This document shows, one piece after another, positions 11,608 through 24,000 of a DNA stretch of 64,000 bases (positions are counted from its first letter, which is position 1; every line of letters begins with the position of its first letter). Source of the stretch: Pseudovirgaria hyperparasitica (taxonomy: Eukaryota); assembly GCA_010093815.1 (NCBI GenBank), contig ML996576.1. The stretch is one strand, 5' to 3'. Position numbers and translations under genes: made by a program. The notes under the pieces were generated by a model that worked only from the letters and a program-made list of their open reading frames with translations, had not been told where the DNA came from and made no database searches.

Positions 11608-12179
11608 CGCCATGTGTGGTCTCGGGCGTGTGCGGTGTAAATGGGACTAGTGATGGTGATTTTTATCGTCTTAGTCGTCATCGTGTCTTCCGTTGATGGA
11701 AGTGTCTTCGGTACCCGTCATGTCCGTACTCATCCTAATCGCCATACCGGTCCCTATCTCCCCTGGCCTTCCTGATCAATACCAGACTCACGTGAACCTA
11801 AGCATACTCTGCGTCGAACCTAGGTTGGTTTTGTAGTCTGTGGTAAATCGAGGGCGTGTCCTCGTCTACAGTGGGGTTGATTGAAGATCGGACCACCTTG
11901 TCGGAGGCGGAGTTGTAGTTGCTACCATTTAGTGTTGATTTGTGTGGATGGTGTTGTTAAGAACGTCATATAGCGTCCTAAAGCGTGGAGTAAGTCTGGA
12001 GTAAGTCTAGAGGTCTCAGCGAACAAGCCTGATGCCTGAAGGTATTAGGTAAATAGATGAGCAGGAAGGTATGTGGGTTGTATTCCGGCTGGCTGGCTGA
12101 TTAAGTGATTGAGTGGCTGGCTGGGTGTGTAGTGAATGATTTGATGGTATGCGAAGATGTGCGATGATCTGATGATGTG

Positions 12180-12405
12180 CCGTTGTGCTATGCTGTGTCG
12201 TGACTTGATGAATGTGTTATGCTGTGCTGCGATGGTATGCTGTTGTGCTGTGGCGTAGTGTAATGCTATACTGTCAGTGTTATGCTATGTTATGCTGTGC
12301 TGTGCCGCGCCGTATTGATATGCTTGTTGTGCTGTTATTCTGCTGTACTGTTATTCTCTGCTCTGCTGTTAGGCTGTTGTACTGTGCTGTGCTGTGCTGC
12401 TATTA
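12180..12405. repeat. Degenerate (GCTGT/GCTAT)n pentanucleotide low-complexity tract
   Basis: Runs of tgctgtgctgtgc, tgctat and tgttat. Confidence 0.8.
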
Positions 12406-13769
12406 GGCGATATCATACTCTGCCATACTCTACCATGCCATACGACGCCACAATCAGTTCCTGTATACATCCGTGCTCCATCGGCATCCTCTCAACAGAA
12501 GTTCCAGCTATACTATGGCAACAAACTCATAGAGCAACTATAAACCGCATATAACAATGTCAGTGACTGCTTTAAGCGGCAAAGGAGGAGTGGTTAGTAA
12601 CTGCCTAGTTTATATTCAGAATGGACGGTGCATGGACGTAGGCATGTCAGTAGGTAGGGAGGTAGTGGAGAGGGAGGGAGGTTGTAGGGCTGCTAGTGGT
12701 GCTTGTGGTGATGGTGCTGCTCGCGGTAGTATCACCACTGAATACCACAGGGCGGTAGATGTAGAGAGAGTGGTCAAGCGTAAGGGGAGAGGTCTAGTCA
12801 GTCATCACCCATCACAGCAGCGCACCCATCGAAAGTCAATCACAACACAACACAACACCACACATCAACAGGACAAGACACCCTGACCATTGACGGTGTT
12901 ACTCTCTGCCATGTCGCGGTGTGTAGTGTCGTCTAGTGTCGCTTCGTATCGTATACTGCAACGGAGGAGGCAAAGAACCAAAAAAGCACGTCACTGCAGG
13001 GAGGAAGCAGAGCGCAAGAACCAAAGACAATGAACCAAAATGATGTCAAGGCACGGATGTGCATGTGATTTTTCTTGTTGCTAGCGAGAGTATCTGAGTG
13101 TCCGTGGTAGTATGAACTGTTGGCCGTCGGTCCAGGAGCTGTCGGTCCAGCAATCATTGAGAGTACATGGTCCTGGACGGTCTTGAGAGATGAGAGTCCC
13201 GGAGAATATAGTCACACGAAATGAAGGCCATTAGCGTCTGATGTTCGTGTTCGTGTCGGTGTTATCATATCCAGCCATAGCGAAGTCCAGATGAACGGCG
13301 AAATCAAGTCCCGAAGAAAGCTGTCCAAGTCCGGGAAAGAATCCCAAGTCCGGAGCAAGGATACCCCAGACGATCCATCCGAGCCGGAGCGGAGAGCATC
13401 CATCCGTCCATGCCATCTCACCCGTCCACGATCGCACCATCCGATCGCGACGACAATGACAAAGACGAACCATGGCCAGATCCAGATCCAGTAGGACCAG
13501 CACCTATCCACACAGCAGTCAGTAGCACCGACACGAACTCGACATACCAACCACACCATTCCACACAGGTCAACCAAATGAAAAACCCGAGTCAGTCAAT
13601 CGACTAGAACAGACCAGAAACGACACACAGACGAAACCACAGACGCCCACGACAACATCCAGAAATAGAAACACGACCCCTTCCCACGCCATCCCATCCC
13701 ATCTCTTTTTGTAGTAACATTAGATTATCGCAAGCCCAGCACGGACAGGACGAAGATCCGAGCAGTTAG

Positions 13770-14200
13770 CTAGAGGGAAAGGGAAGGGAGAGAGGACGGA
13801 ATAGAGAAGCCAGTGCGAAATGAAATAAAATGAGATGAGATGATAAAGAAAGAGAATGGATGGGATGGTGGTCTAGAGCGCATCGTCTCGCCTCCCGTCC
13901 CGGCCCCGGGCCTAGGTCTAAGCGTAGGCGTAGGAAGATAGAGAAGTGAAAGACGAAGTAGATAGAGAACGAGAAGGAGGAGTACAAGGAGAAGAAGGAG
14001 AGGGAGAACAAGAACACGGGGCAAGAAAAGAACAAAAGGAAGACAGATAAGAAAGACAAAAGGGCGACGAAGAAAAGAATCAAGAAAGGAAGGAATCTAG
14101 AAAATCCCACAACACCCCCAGAAAAGAAGAAGAAAAGAAGCAAAAAAACACGGAAGACGAAAGAACCGGGAGAGGCAAGGCAAGGCCAGGAGAGAGGGGT
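13770..14200. repeat. ~430 bp strongly purine-biased (A/G on + strand) low-complexity tract
   Basis: Stretches such as gaagaaggagagggagaacaagaac and gaaaagaagaagaaaagaagc; it produces the spurious Phe/Leu/Ser-rich ORF on the minus strand. Confidence 0.8.
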
Positions 14201-16276
14201 GCCCAAAGAGCATAAATAAAGTTTAAGATAAATCAGCGATGGGCGTACGTAGTAGGTAGGTAGGGCACAAGGACATATACATACAGTACATACACACATG
14301 ACATGAGGCAGCAGTACATACATAAGCATCGCGCCCAAGATCTGCGCAAACGATTGGCGTAGCATGTAGATCGGGAATCTCATCCATTTCAAGCCTTTCA
14401 TTCCTTCATTCATACACACATACATACTTACATCAGAACAGGATAGAGAGCACGAGGACCACACGCCCGGTAGAGACGATTGGGCAGCGAGAGATTTGGC
14501 GCGAAAGAATGCATGATGCGGGCTGCACCGCGTTATGCATGCACCGTACGCATGCACGCGCGAGTCGTGGTGGAGGAGGAGGATGGGGTGAAGGAGGGTA
14601 GAGGAGGGGGTGGAGGGTAGTGTGGCGCTGGGCGAGATGCATACTGGCTTGCATGCTGCATGGAGGTGGAGTTGGGTGTGGAGGTGGAGGTGCATGTGGG
14701 TGAAGTTATGATGGTGGATTTTGGGGGGGGGGGAGTTAGATGATAGAGGGTAGATAGGGACACGAATGGTGGGAGTGAAGGGGCTATTATTAGCATTAAT
14801 TACTGCCTGCAGGAGAGAAGGTATATAGGTAGTAGATATGTATGTAGGGTGGTGTGTATCAGATTAGGAGTCGGAAGGTTTGATGAGAGGTCTAAAAGTA
14901 GAAGTGCACTGACTGCGACGTATTCTGCACTGACTACGTCTTTCCTCGTATCCAGTAGTGGTGACGCTGGAGGCTGGAGGCTGGAGGTTGAGGGCTGAAG
15001 GTAGGGGTTTAAGACTGAAGTGAACGACGTTTGTTATTGTTTACTGTTATGCCTAATGTCGTTGTTCGACGACAGGGGGTAGGTAGCCACGCAGAACCAA
15101 TCACACCCCACGTATTACCCATCCCAGTCCAGTCCACAGGCGCACTACCCATCCCAGCCCGTGTATCACATGTCACAACATCGCATCTCCGCAAACCTGC
15201 ATGCACATGCCGATCCAAACTCCCCTCGCCATCACAACTTCCATCTCACCCATCGCCATCCAAGTTCGCAATCGCAGTTCGCAATCGCCAAGCCCCTTGA
15301 GATCCAAGATCACATTCAGATCCAAGATCAAAAAAACACGCACCATACCCTCCCAAGTATCAAGCGAGTAACACACCTAGATCGTTGACAGATATCCCCC
15401 CGGATCTCCCCCAACCCGCCCGATCGCCATCTCCATCTCAGATCGATCTCCAAACCTGTCTTCCCCAACCTATACTTCCAAACTACACCATCCTTATCCC
15501 AAACTATACCGTTCACCATCCATACATACTCGTACAGCAAGTGTATACTACTAGTAGTGCCTCCCACAGCCCAGTCATCCACACGAAACACGAACCCCCC
15601 CAAATACACAAACAGTCCAATCAGCAGATGCGAGGTGTACCTCCGCGTTCTTACACCAATGAATACATACGCCATACAGACCAGAAACGCCCCCCCTTGG
15701 CCCCCGGTCCCCCCGGTCCCCCCGTTCCCGTCTTTCAAGCTGACACACACACTCTCACACACACACACAAGCTACGAATTCTAGGTCGTTACGTTACCTT
15801 ACCCGGCACGGGCGACGGGCCAGGGGCCCAGGGCAGCCGATTGGGCGTGCGGGCGTGCCATGATACGCTTCGTGACGGGGTGTGTTTGGAGGTGGTGGGT
15901 GGTAAGACCGCCCAATTGATGATTAGTGTTCGGTTCGATTCGATTTGGTGTGTGTTCTAGAGGTTTCGGGGGTTTCGGGGGGGGTGGTTTTGTTGTGGAT
16001 GGAGGTAATTAGGTAGTTGAGAGAGATAATAGAGTGAAATAGATGAAGGAAGGAATTGGGGGCCTAGATTATCGAGGGCTCGGGAGATTTGGGTAGGCAC
16101 TCAGGCATCGTTGATTGTGGTATTTGGTTAATGGGGGTGTAGTCACGATGATGATAATGTTGAGATGTTGACGTTGATAATGTGTATTAATTGCTAATAG
16201 ACTGCGTACGTGTACGCAGCTGCCTCCCAAGTCCCAAGTCCCATCTCAAGTCCCAAGTCTGAGTCCTGCTCTCTCG

Positions 16277-16313
16277 CATCCATCCATTCATCCATCCATC
16301 CATCCATCCATCC
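16277..16313. repeat. (CATC)n microsatellite downstream of the WOPR gene
   Basis: catccatccattcatccatccatccatccatccatcc. Confidence 0.9.
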
Positions 16314-16685
16314 AGAGCGCCTGCCCAGTGCCCAGTAACAAACAACAGAGAGAAAGAGAAGAACAATATGTTCGAACCAAACCAAGCTTCGATTCGTAGA
16401 ACTGTGTCAACCGCCCATGCATGCCATGGGGGACTTTGCTGCATGTGTGCTGCTGCTGCTGCTCTCCTCTCCACCTTTATACATGTCCATCAAGAATGTC
16501 GAAACAGAAAAAGTAAAAAAACTCAGCCGCCCATTTGTGTGAACCTTGAAGAAATAAGAAACCCGTAGTGCTCGTAAACCTCGGCTTTTTTGCAGAAAAA
16601 AACATATAATACAGTTGCGCCTGTCGTACATCATATACATCACTCGTCCACAACACACGACGCCCTCATGGGCCCCTCATGCCGG

Positions 16686-18179
16686 TTATGATGGCAGGTA
16701 GCCGTCGCTGTAGTTACCGGCCATCATCTGACTGAATGCAGGCTGGTATTGGCTCATGTGGCCTGCCGAGTACGACAGCGGTGTCAGGCCGCCACCGTTG
16801 TGGCTGCCAATGTCCGCTCGAGCACCGCCAAACGGTGACCCAGTCGCCATGGGGGTAAAGGTCTGTATCATTGGCGTTTGCTGAGACCAGTGGCCGCCAG
16901 TTGGTGTCCAGAAGCCGTCTTGCGCGACAGGTGTCTGCCCCACTGGGTAGTAGTGTAGCGGCGGGGGTGCTTGCAGCGGCTGCATGCTTTGATGACTCGG
17001 AGAATACTGTGGCCAATGGTGCGCTTGCATATCCGCGTGGCGCATATGGTGCTGGAACCGGATCGGGTCATCCATCGGGTTGTCGGGGTTGTTTTGGAAC
17101 TTTTGCATGTTCAGGAGATCAAAGCGAGGCTGGATCTCGCCAAACTTTGCATCCTCGCTCATGCGTGCGAGTTTGCCGAAGAGGACGTCTTCCAGCTTGT
17201 AGTACGCAATAATGTGGTGCACATTGCCCTTGTACTCCACACTGATCGTCTTCTTGACCAGTCCGTCGCTCTTGAAGTTGTAAGAGTCCGTCAACGATCC
17301 GCAGAGACGTCGACGCTCAGGCTCGGGTATCGTAAGGGCAATGTCGTTGGGGTTGAGTACTGGGGCAGCCTGGTCGCCGCTCACTTCATCGTACTCGTCC
17401 ACGCCGTCGTCGTCTGATCGCTTGCGCTTCTTGATCGCCTTCTTCTTCTCACCAGGCTTGTGATCCTTCTCCTCCACCTCGCGGTAGATGAGGAAGTTGG
17501 GCAATAGTCGACTCGGACTCCATGAGACACCGTCTGTCCAGCGCTTGATGCCGGACGCGTTCTCCTCAAACACGAAAACGTGTCCGCTGCGGATCACATC
17601 TTCGCGCTCGCGGTCGTACGCACGGCGGGGCATGTGCCGAAGCTTGCCTTGGAGACAGCCTTCCAATAGTTGCAAGGCCTCGTACGTCGATCCAATGAAG
17701 CCCTTCCAGGTCGGCTCGAGCTTCTGCTCAGCAGAACGGGTGCCACGGGACTTTGTCCGCAGAGTTGACCGCGAAGGGGAAGGTGTGGGAGGAAGGGTAG
17801 CTTGACGAGGCAACGGCTCGACTCTTGGTTGTATGGCTTGGTTGTTAGATGGATGGGCCGAGTCCATCCGCGGGTTCAAGGGAGCTGGGTTTGCCGAGGG
17901 ATGCGAGGTCACGTAGGCATTTGCGGGCATGTGCAGACCTGGTGTTGACGGGAGAAGCTCTGTTTTGGCATCTACGCCGTCATGGTAGCGAGAAGGACTG
18001 TTCATATAGCTGACCCGTGGGATAGGCTCGTACGGTGATCCAGCAGTGTCAACGGCCGACAGCCATGGTTCGTTGGATATGACCGATGATGCTGGTGAGC
18101 TGAAGCCATTGCATCGAATGTCCTCGTAGGCCATTCGTTTTGCCGGGCGGGGCTGGGAGTACATGTTTGATGAGTCCAT
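16686..18179 (-). CDS. Gti1/Pac2 family (WOPR box) transcription factor, Wor1/Ryp1/Sge1-type
   Basis: WOPRa: EPTWKGFIGSTYEALQLLEGCLQGKL...IRSGHVFVFEENASGIKRWTDGVSWSPSRLLPNFLIYRE. WOPRb: GSLTDSYNFKSDGLVKKTISVEYKGNVHHIIAYY. The C-terminus is Q/P/H-rich. First in-frame ATG is 18179 (in-frame TGA upstream). A probable 5'UTR intron lies at ~18310-18365 (gtaggt...ctgac...cag). Confidence 0.93.
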   Translation of the reverse strand: MDSSNMYSQPRPAKRMAYEDIRCNGFSSPASSVISNEPWLSAVDTAGSPYEPIPRVSYMNSPSRYHDGVDAKTELLPSTPGLHMPANAYVTSHPSANPAPLNPRMDSAHPSNNQAIQPRVEPLPRQATLPPTPSPSRSTLRTKSRGTRSAEQKLEPTWKGFIGSTYEALQLLEGCLQGKLRHMPRRAYDREREDVIRSGHVFVFEENASGIKRWTDGVSWSPSRLLPNFLIYREVEEKDHKPGEKKKAIKKRKRSDDDGVDEYDEVSGDQAAPVLNPNDIALTIPEPERRRLCGSLTDSYNFKSDGLVKKTISVEYKGNVHHIIAYYKLEDVLFGKLARMSEDAKFGEIQPRFDLLNMQKFQNNPDNPMDDPIRFQHHMRHADMQAHHWPQYSPSHQSMQPLQAPPPLHYYPVGQTPVAQDGFWTPTGGHWSQQTPMIQTFTPMATGSPFGGARADIGSHNGGGLTPLSYSAGHMSQYQPAFSQMMAGNYSDGYLPS

Positions 18180-21019
18180 TTGATCGGTTGAGAGTGTACG
18201 CGGGTGGTCCTGAGGAGAAGTGTTGCCTGAAAGCAACAGCTGCGTACGATCCAAAGGTAGTCGTAGGTTTTTTTGTTCTGTTTTGCCGTGTCAAGAAGAC
18301 GAGCACGTACTGTCGGCAGTGTCAGTATAGAAGAGAGACTGTATAAAGAACAGGCAAGCACCTACTCGCACAACACCAATGGCTAGTGGAGGGGATGTAG
18401 CAAGACACAGGTGTCAATTGGTATATAAGGTCCGAACGAGGAGTTGAGAATGTACTTCTCCACAAGAACAAGAGTGAAGTACTTGTCTGGGGGGTATATA
18501 TTGTGTATGAGAGGCTGTCAAGTGGATGGCAGGATCGACCAAAAGTCCAGGATGTTCCCTTGTATAGAGCGATAGGATAGTGGGGACAAGGGATGAGATG
18601 ATGGATATCTTAATCTGAGCAGGTCGTGACGATTCCGTCGCACGCGGTTGGTGGGAGACTGGGGAGGGGGGAATTGCCTGGAAGAGTCCGGATAGATGAT
18701 TAAGAGTCGAAAAGACGATACTGCTCGTATTATGTGTGTGTGGCGAGAGGGGAGATATAAGGGTGGTCTGGGATCAATTGATGCGGGAAGCAGGACGACG
18801 ACCCAGTCGGAAACGTCCTAGACAATTCCTTTGGAATGAAAGTTTGGGTCTGCAGGGTTGAAGCCGAACGAAAGCAAACGGTGGGGCAACAGCTGGAAGA
18901 AGGCTCAAACAAGACGAGGTCGGGGTGTGTGTGTGCTAGGTAGGGTGATGATGGAGGTCCAAACAGCGACGACGGCGGCCGTGCGGGAGAGCTCCGGAAA
19001 CGACAGCGTGGAACAAGTCAGTCCCTGATTGAAGACTGGGGCTTGTGCGGTGAATAGGGTTTGTGTTGTTACAGCCCAATGCTGGTGGTCTGCGGTTTAC
19101 GGCGTGGCTAGAGCGCCGAAGCAGACGGGTAGATGCATGGACTGAGCGTGAGCTTTCTTGCCAGAGGGTCTGACGGACTGCTACAGTGCTAGCCAACAGT
19201 CAAGGGGAGAGGGAGAGAGAGCGAGAGGCTGGAGCAGACTCAGCAGAAAGAGAGAGCATGGGATCTGGTTACCGCTTAGGACAGAAAGTGGCCTGAGTTC
19301 TGGGCGGCTTGGTTGCGTGCGTGCGTGAGAAGAGAGCAGCAGATGCCAGCAGGAATGATGAGCATTTCGAGCTAGGTCCCTGAAGGAGCCAAGAGTGGTT
19401 GTCTTTTGGGCTGAATGATCGCAGGCCTTCCATACCCAACATGCATGCAGCAATTGCCAGTTAGCTTGGTTGCCGGGCCTAGGTGTATGCGAGGAATGAA
19501 TATAACGCTAGAACCAGGAGAGAGAAAGTTGGACGGTGGGCGCTCCTCGTAGCGTGGTAGGGCTGCCACAGAATGAATCGCCATAGAATGAGGTCGAGAG
19601 TTGCGGAGCTTTACCTGGTTGTGATTCGCTGATGTCTTGTCTGGTCTATGAGGAGGACGAGGGGGAGGGGGGGAGGGGGGTCACGATGAGGGAGAAGGAC
19701 ATGGCGCTGATCAGTTGTGGAACTAGCTCTTCGGCACATCTCTCGATAGCGCCCAGCAGAAAGTGAGAGTAAGGTCGAGGTGCTAGCTGCTCCAAAGTAC
19801 GCTTGCCTTCTCTTTGGGCTTGTTGAATTTCCTTAATCTGGTTGGTTGGTTGGTTGGTTGCTTCATTTACTGCCTAGTAGAGCCCCTAATGGGGCACGCG
19901 GCACTATCTAATATTGGCGAGGCCCTGTATAGCCGATGACCCACTTATTACACGCATTACCGCCCCCGCTTAATGCAGCCTATTAGAACCCTGTCCCGGC
20001 CTCTCGAGCGGGTTTTTAGTCGCATCTTAGCTACCTCGGACTTTAGATTAGTTATTAACCATTACCCCCTAAACGCTATCCCTCGTCTATGATGCACGCC
20101 CCTTCTGATAACCCTGGGTGTAGATTTGGTCCCCGTTTCCACCCGCGCTACCGCTGTTTCCCCCTCCATACGGATCGGTGGATGTATACTAGCCTGGCCC
20201 CTCTTCAGCATTGGGGAGAGTGAGGTTAGGCGCCCTAGTGGTTAGCATGGCCTTAGCCAGACGGAGAGTATAATGCTCATTTATGTCGCGGGTAGCTCCT
20301 TTAGGCATAGCTTTCCCCGGGGATTCCTTTGGGATAGCTCCCTACTAAATCCTCCGTGCTTAACTACTAGGCCAGTCGTAGGTGCTATCGTTTCTCGCCT
20401 ACTAGTAGAGATTCTTAAGCGTAACTGCGGCTAGGGGTTCACATTATTCATTTGCCGTTCGGTTCTATGCCCTATGTATCCTCTGTCTCTATACGGTGGC
20501 ATTAGGTGGCGCGGGTATAGATGGGAGTTTTGGCGCTAGGCGTCGCCATGTGCGATCTATACCCTCCGCTGTCCTCTAGGTCGGCGTTAGAGGTGGATGT
20601 TTTATAATTACTTACCGTAGTATCGGTTATGTATCCCTAAAACGGGCGTGATTTAGTCCTATATACGGGTACTAGGGCGTGTGTTCCTAGGCTCTCCTTA
20701 TTGGTGGCCCGGGAGCACGTGTCTATAGCTATTAGGCTAGGGCTTCCCTCTTAATAGGTGTAGTACTAGCGTTACCCCCTTCGGGATAGAGGTCCTATAT
20801 TAGATCTCTACTAATATAATAGGTTTATATACTATAAGATGTTAGCATCTAGCGTTAGTATTGCTAAGGTTTTTAAATTAGGTAAACGAATGGTCTTTAC
20901 CTAGTAGGAGTGCTTTTATAGCGGCCATGCCGCGCTAAGTATAGGCTTAGCCTATTATAGTTCCCGGAGCGGTTGGCGTGTCGGACATTCAGCTTTATTA
21001 GCTCGTTATCTTTTAGTAT

Positions 21020-24000
21020 ACTAGTCGTTCTTCTAGTCCTCGTTAACCTACCGGAAGTTCTTTAGAGTATAAGTCCTAAGTATCTAGATAGTAGCTTCAG
21101 CGGCTATCTCTAGGTAGCTTAGTACCTCCCTAAGGTCCGTTATCCGTTTCCTAAAGCCCTTATAGAGGTCCTCTTATATATAGGAGAAGGTATTATATTT
21201 AAATAAGATATAATAAAGATTTTAAGGGACTTAGGCGTTATAGTAGATATAGAGTAGAGATTCCTTAGCGTCGATACTATGGAGGTATTCTATAGTACTT
21301 AGTTTACCCGTCCTTATTTAGGTAATAAGACTTTAGATAGCCCGGCTATATGGTTTATAGATGTCTAAGACGTTTACGTCCGGGTCCGGTTAGATACGTC
21401 TAAGTATAGTACTACTATTTTTCGCGGCGTGCTAGGCCTTCGTCTATTAGGTTTAGTTAAAGTCGCGTAGTTTCCTCTTAGACTCTATCCGGGTCTTCGG
21501 AAGGGGTCGTGTCCTAGGTAGAGGGATACCCGGGTCGCTTTTATAGTTAGTAGCCCTCTAGCCGGTCGTCTCCTTAGCTAGGATATCGATATATTCGTTG
21601 CCCTCGATCCCGATATAGACTAGGATCTAGTAGACTATTATAGGGTAGCCGATGGTCTACGTAATTTTGTGGAATTCCCTAATATAGAGCTATGCGGCCT
21701 TAGCGCATAGGTTAGTAATAGCTTCGACTAGTCCTCTATTATCCACGTAGATATATACTAGATATAGTCGCTACGTGCGTTATATGATACGAATCGCGAG
21801 TAGGAGGGCGTACGCCTCTCCGTGGTAGACTAAGAACTATTATAGGGGGCTAATATATTCGCTTTCGCACTCCTAGGTTTTATAGAGAAATGCCGCTACT
21901 CCCACACGGTTATTAATGCCTATACCATCTATATATAGGTGGAGGCCCTATTCCTTAAGAGTGGCGTTATAGCTCTCCCTAGCGCTTTTAGCGTTAGTAT
22001 AGAGTATTGTATTAGGGTAGATACCCTATAGCGAGTTAATAAAAGGCGATCTAACTTTGATGTCGAGGTACCCTATAAGTAGTATACTAAGGCTAATATA
22101 CGTGGCTAGCGGGCTTTACTATACTAGTTAGGTACTGTTTCTTAATTAATTAACGAGGTGGCGTCCCGTTTAGCTTCCTACCATTTATAGGAGTTAGCTA
22201 AGGGCGGCTAACTTAAGGGCTAGGTCGGTAGAGAGCATGTATATCTCTATATTTAGGGCGTCGGCGTTAGTTATTCGGAAGGCTCCGGTAATCCGGAGAT
22301 AAGCCTCCTTTTATATCTTCCGTAGGGCTGTAGTAGCTTCCTTAGCTAGGGCCGTACCTAGTTTATACTACACGGAGTAGTAATAGGTGGCCCGGGGGAG
22401 AATGGTTTAGGTATATATAGTTCGGACGGTATCGGCTCCTACTCCCTACGTGGAGGCCCCGAGTTCCTTTAAGAGATAGCTAGCGCTCTTAAGTCTCGGG
22501 ATGATAACCTAGGTGTAATAGGCGAATATAAGGCGGGAGTCTAGCTAGACTCCTAGCACTTTTATCTATTAGGTTAGGGCTAGGGTAGTCTCGCGATAGG
22601 TTATCGCATGGTCGAGGGTGTCTACGGCCTTACGGGCTCTCTTCGAGGGCCTAATAAAGTACATAAGTTAGAATTTACTAGGGTTAAATTTTATCCTATA
22701 GCGCTTCGCCCATTAGTCGCAAGCGAGGACGCCTACTTATAGGGTAGCTATGGCGTCTTTCCTAGTAGCTCCTCTTACTACTAGGGTGACGTCATCGATC
22801 TATCCTACCGTAGTTAGATTAGGGATATGGTTACTAAGGGTAACGAGATCTACGTTATAGAGAATGAAGAGTACCGGGGATAATAGAGACCCCTAAGGGA
22901 TTCTAACGCTAACCGGGTTACTCCCGGTCTCGTGGTTCGGGAGCCGGAGCTTAGTAGTCCAGTTAGTAAGGAAGCTCGCTATCTACACGTTTATAGTACC
23001 ACCGATCTTTCGTGCTACTAGGTTATCTAGTAGCCTTAGGTGGGATACGTGGTCGAATGCACTACTAATATTAAGAGCTAGAGCTATGACACGCTCGTCC
23101 TTGTTCCATGCTTAGTATATGGTTTTAGTAATGTGGTAGAGGGCCTTGTGTAAGGCCCGTCCCTTTCTTCCCTCTAGGTAGGTAGATAGAAGAATGTCCT
23201 CGTGGTCGAGTAGCTACTAGAGCCTCTCCGCGATTACTACTTTAAGGACTTTATCTAAGTAGTTAAGTAGGGCGATCGGACGGTATCCTTTAACTATTAT
23301 ATGGTCTTTCCCGGGTTTTAGGAGGGTAATTGTTACTAAATCCTTAAATAGCGGGGGGTAGTATCCTAAGCTAACGCTAGCGTTAAAACATGTCTATATA
23401 TAGTACATAAGTCTAGTTTCGTAGTGGATTAAGTAGTCCTCCTTTATTAGACATAGTTTAAGTAGATTATTTATAATTTCTATATCTAGCCCTAGGGCCT
23501 TCTTTATTAATAGGCCTCTAATCGCGTGTTCTATTTCTTAGGTCGTGATCCGGGGAAAGTCGAATAGTTAGGGATATACGTTAGTAGTAATGTCCGTAAG
23601 GTCCGCCTCTAGAGGTAGCGGGAAAAAGTTCTTTATAAGGAGGGCTACTTGTTCCTCTAGGGTTTCTACTATCTCGACTAGGTGTCCGTCGTTATCTATC
23701 TTTATAATAGATAGTAGGCGGGGTTATCTCGTGGCCTTCTTATTATTAAGTCGGTAGATAAACTTCTAGGTACGGTTTATATCTCCTGCGATCTCTTCGA
23801 GGTATATTCGCCATGTTTCGCGGTATTAACGTCGAACTACTTTATGGTATTCTTTAGTAGTAAGCTAGAGGGCCGTAATGGTAACCGCGCTTTCGTCTCG
23901 ACGTCGTAGTTTCTTAAGTCTACGGTAGTATCGTCGGGACTAGGTTAGCTTAGCTATCCACCCAATGCGCGACCGAGATGTAATCCGATTTTATAGAATG

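Noticed and set aside
14217..14226. TAAAGTTTAA resembling the Wor1-binding motif, with another match at 26385-26394
   Set aside because: Isolated hits: one is downstream of the gene and the other lies in AT-rich RIP DNA where it arises easily by chance. Insufficient to claim autoregulation.
13766..14695. 309 aa Phe/Leu-rich minus-strand ORF
   Set aside because: Translation of a pyrimidine-rich low-complexity tract, not protein-like.
18180..18254. ORF-track N-terminal extension of the WOPR protein
   Set aside because: Begins at TTG; the first in-frame ATG is 18179.
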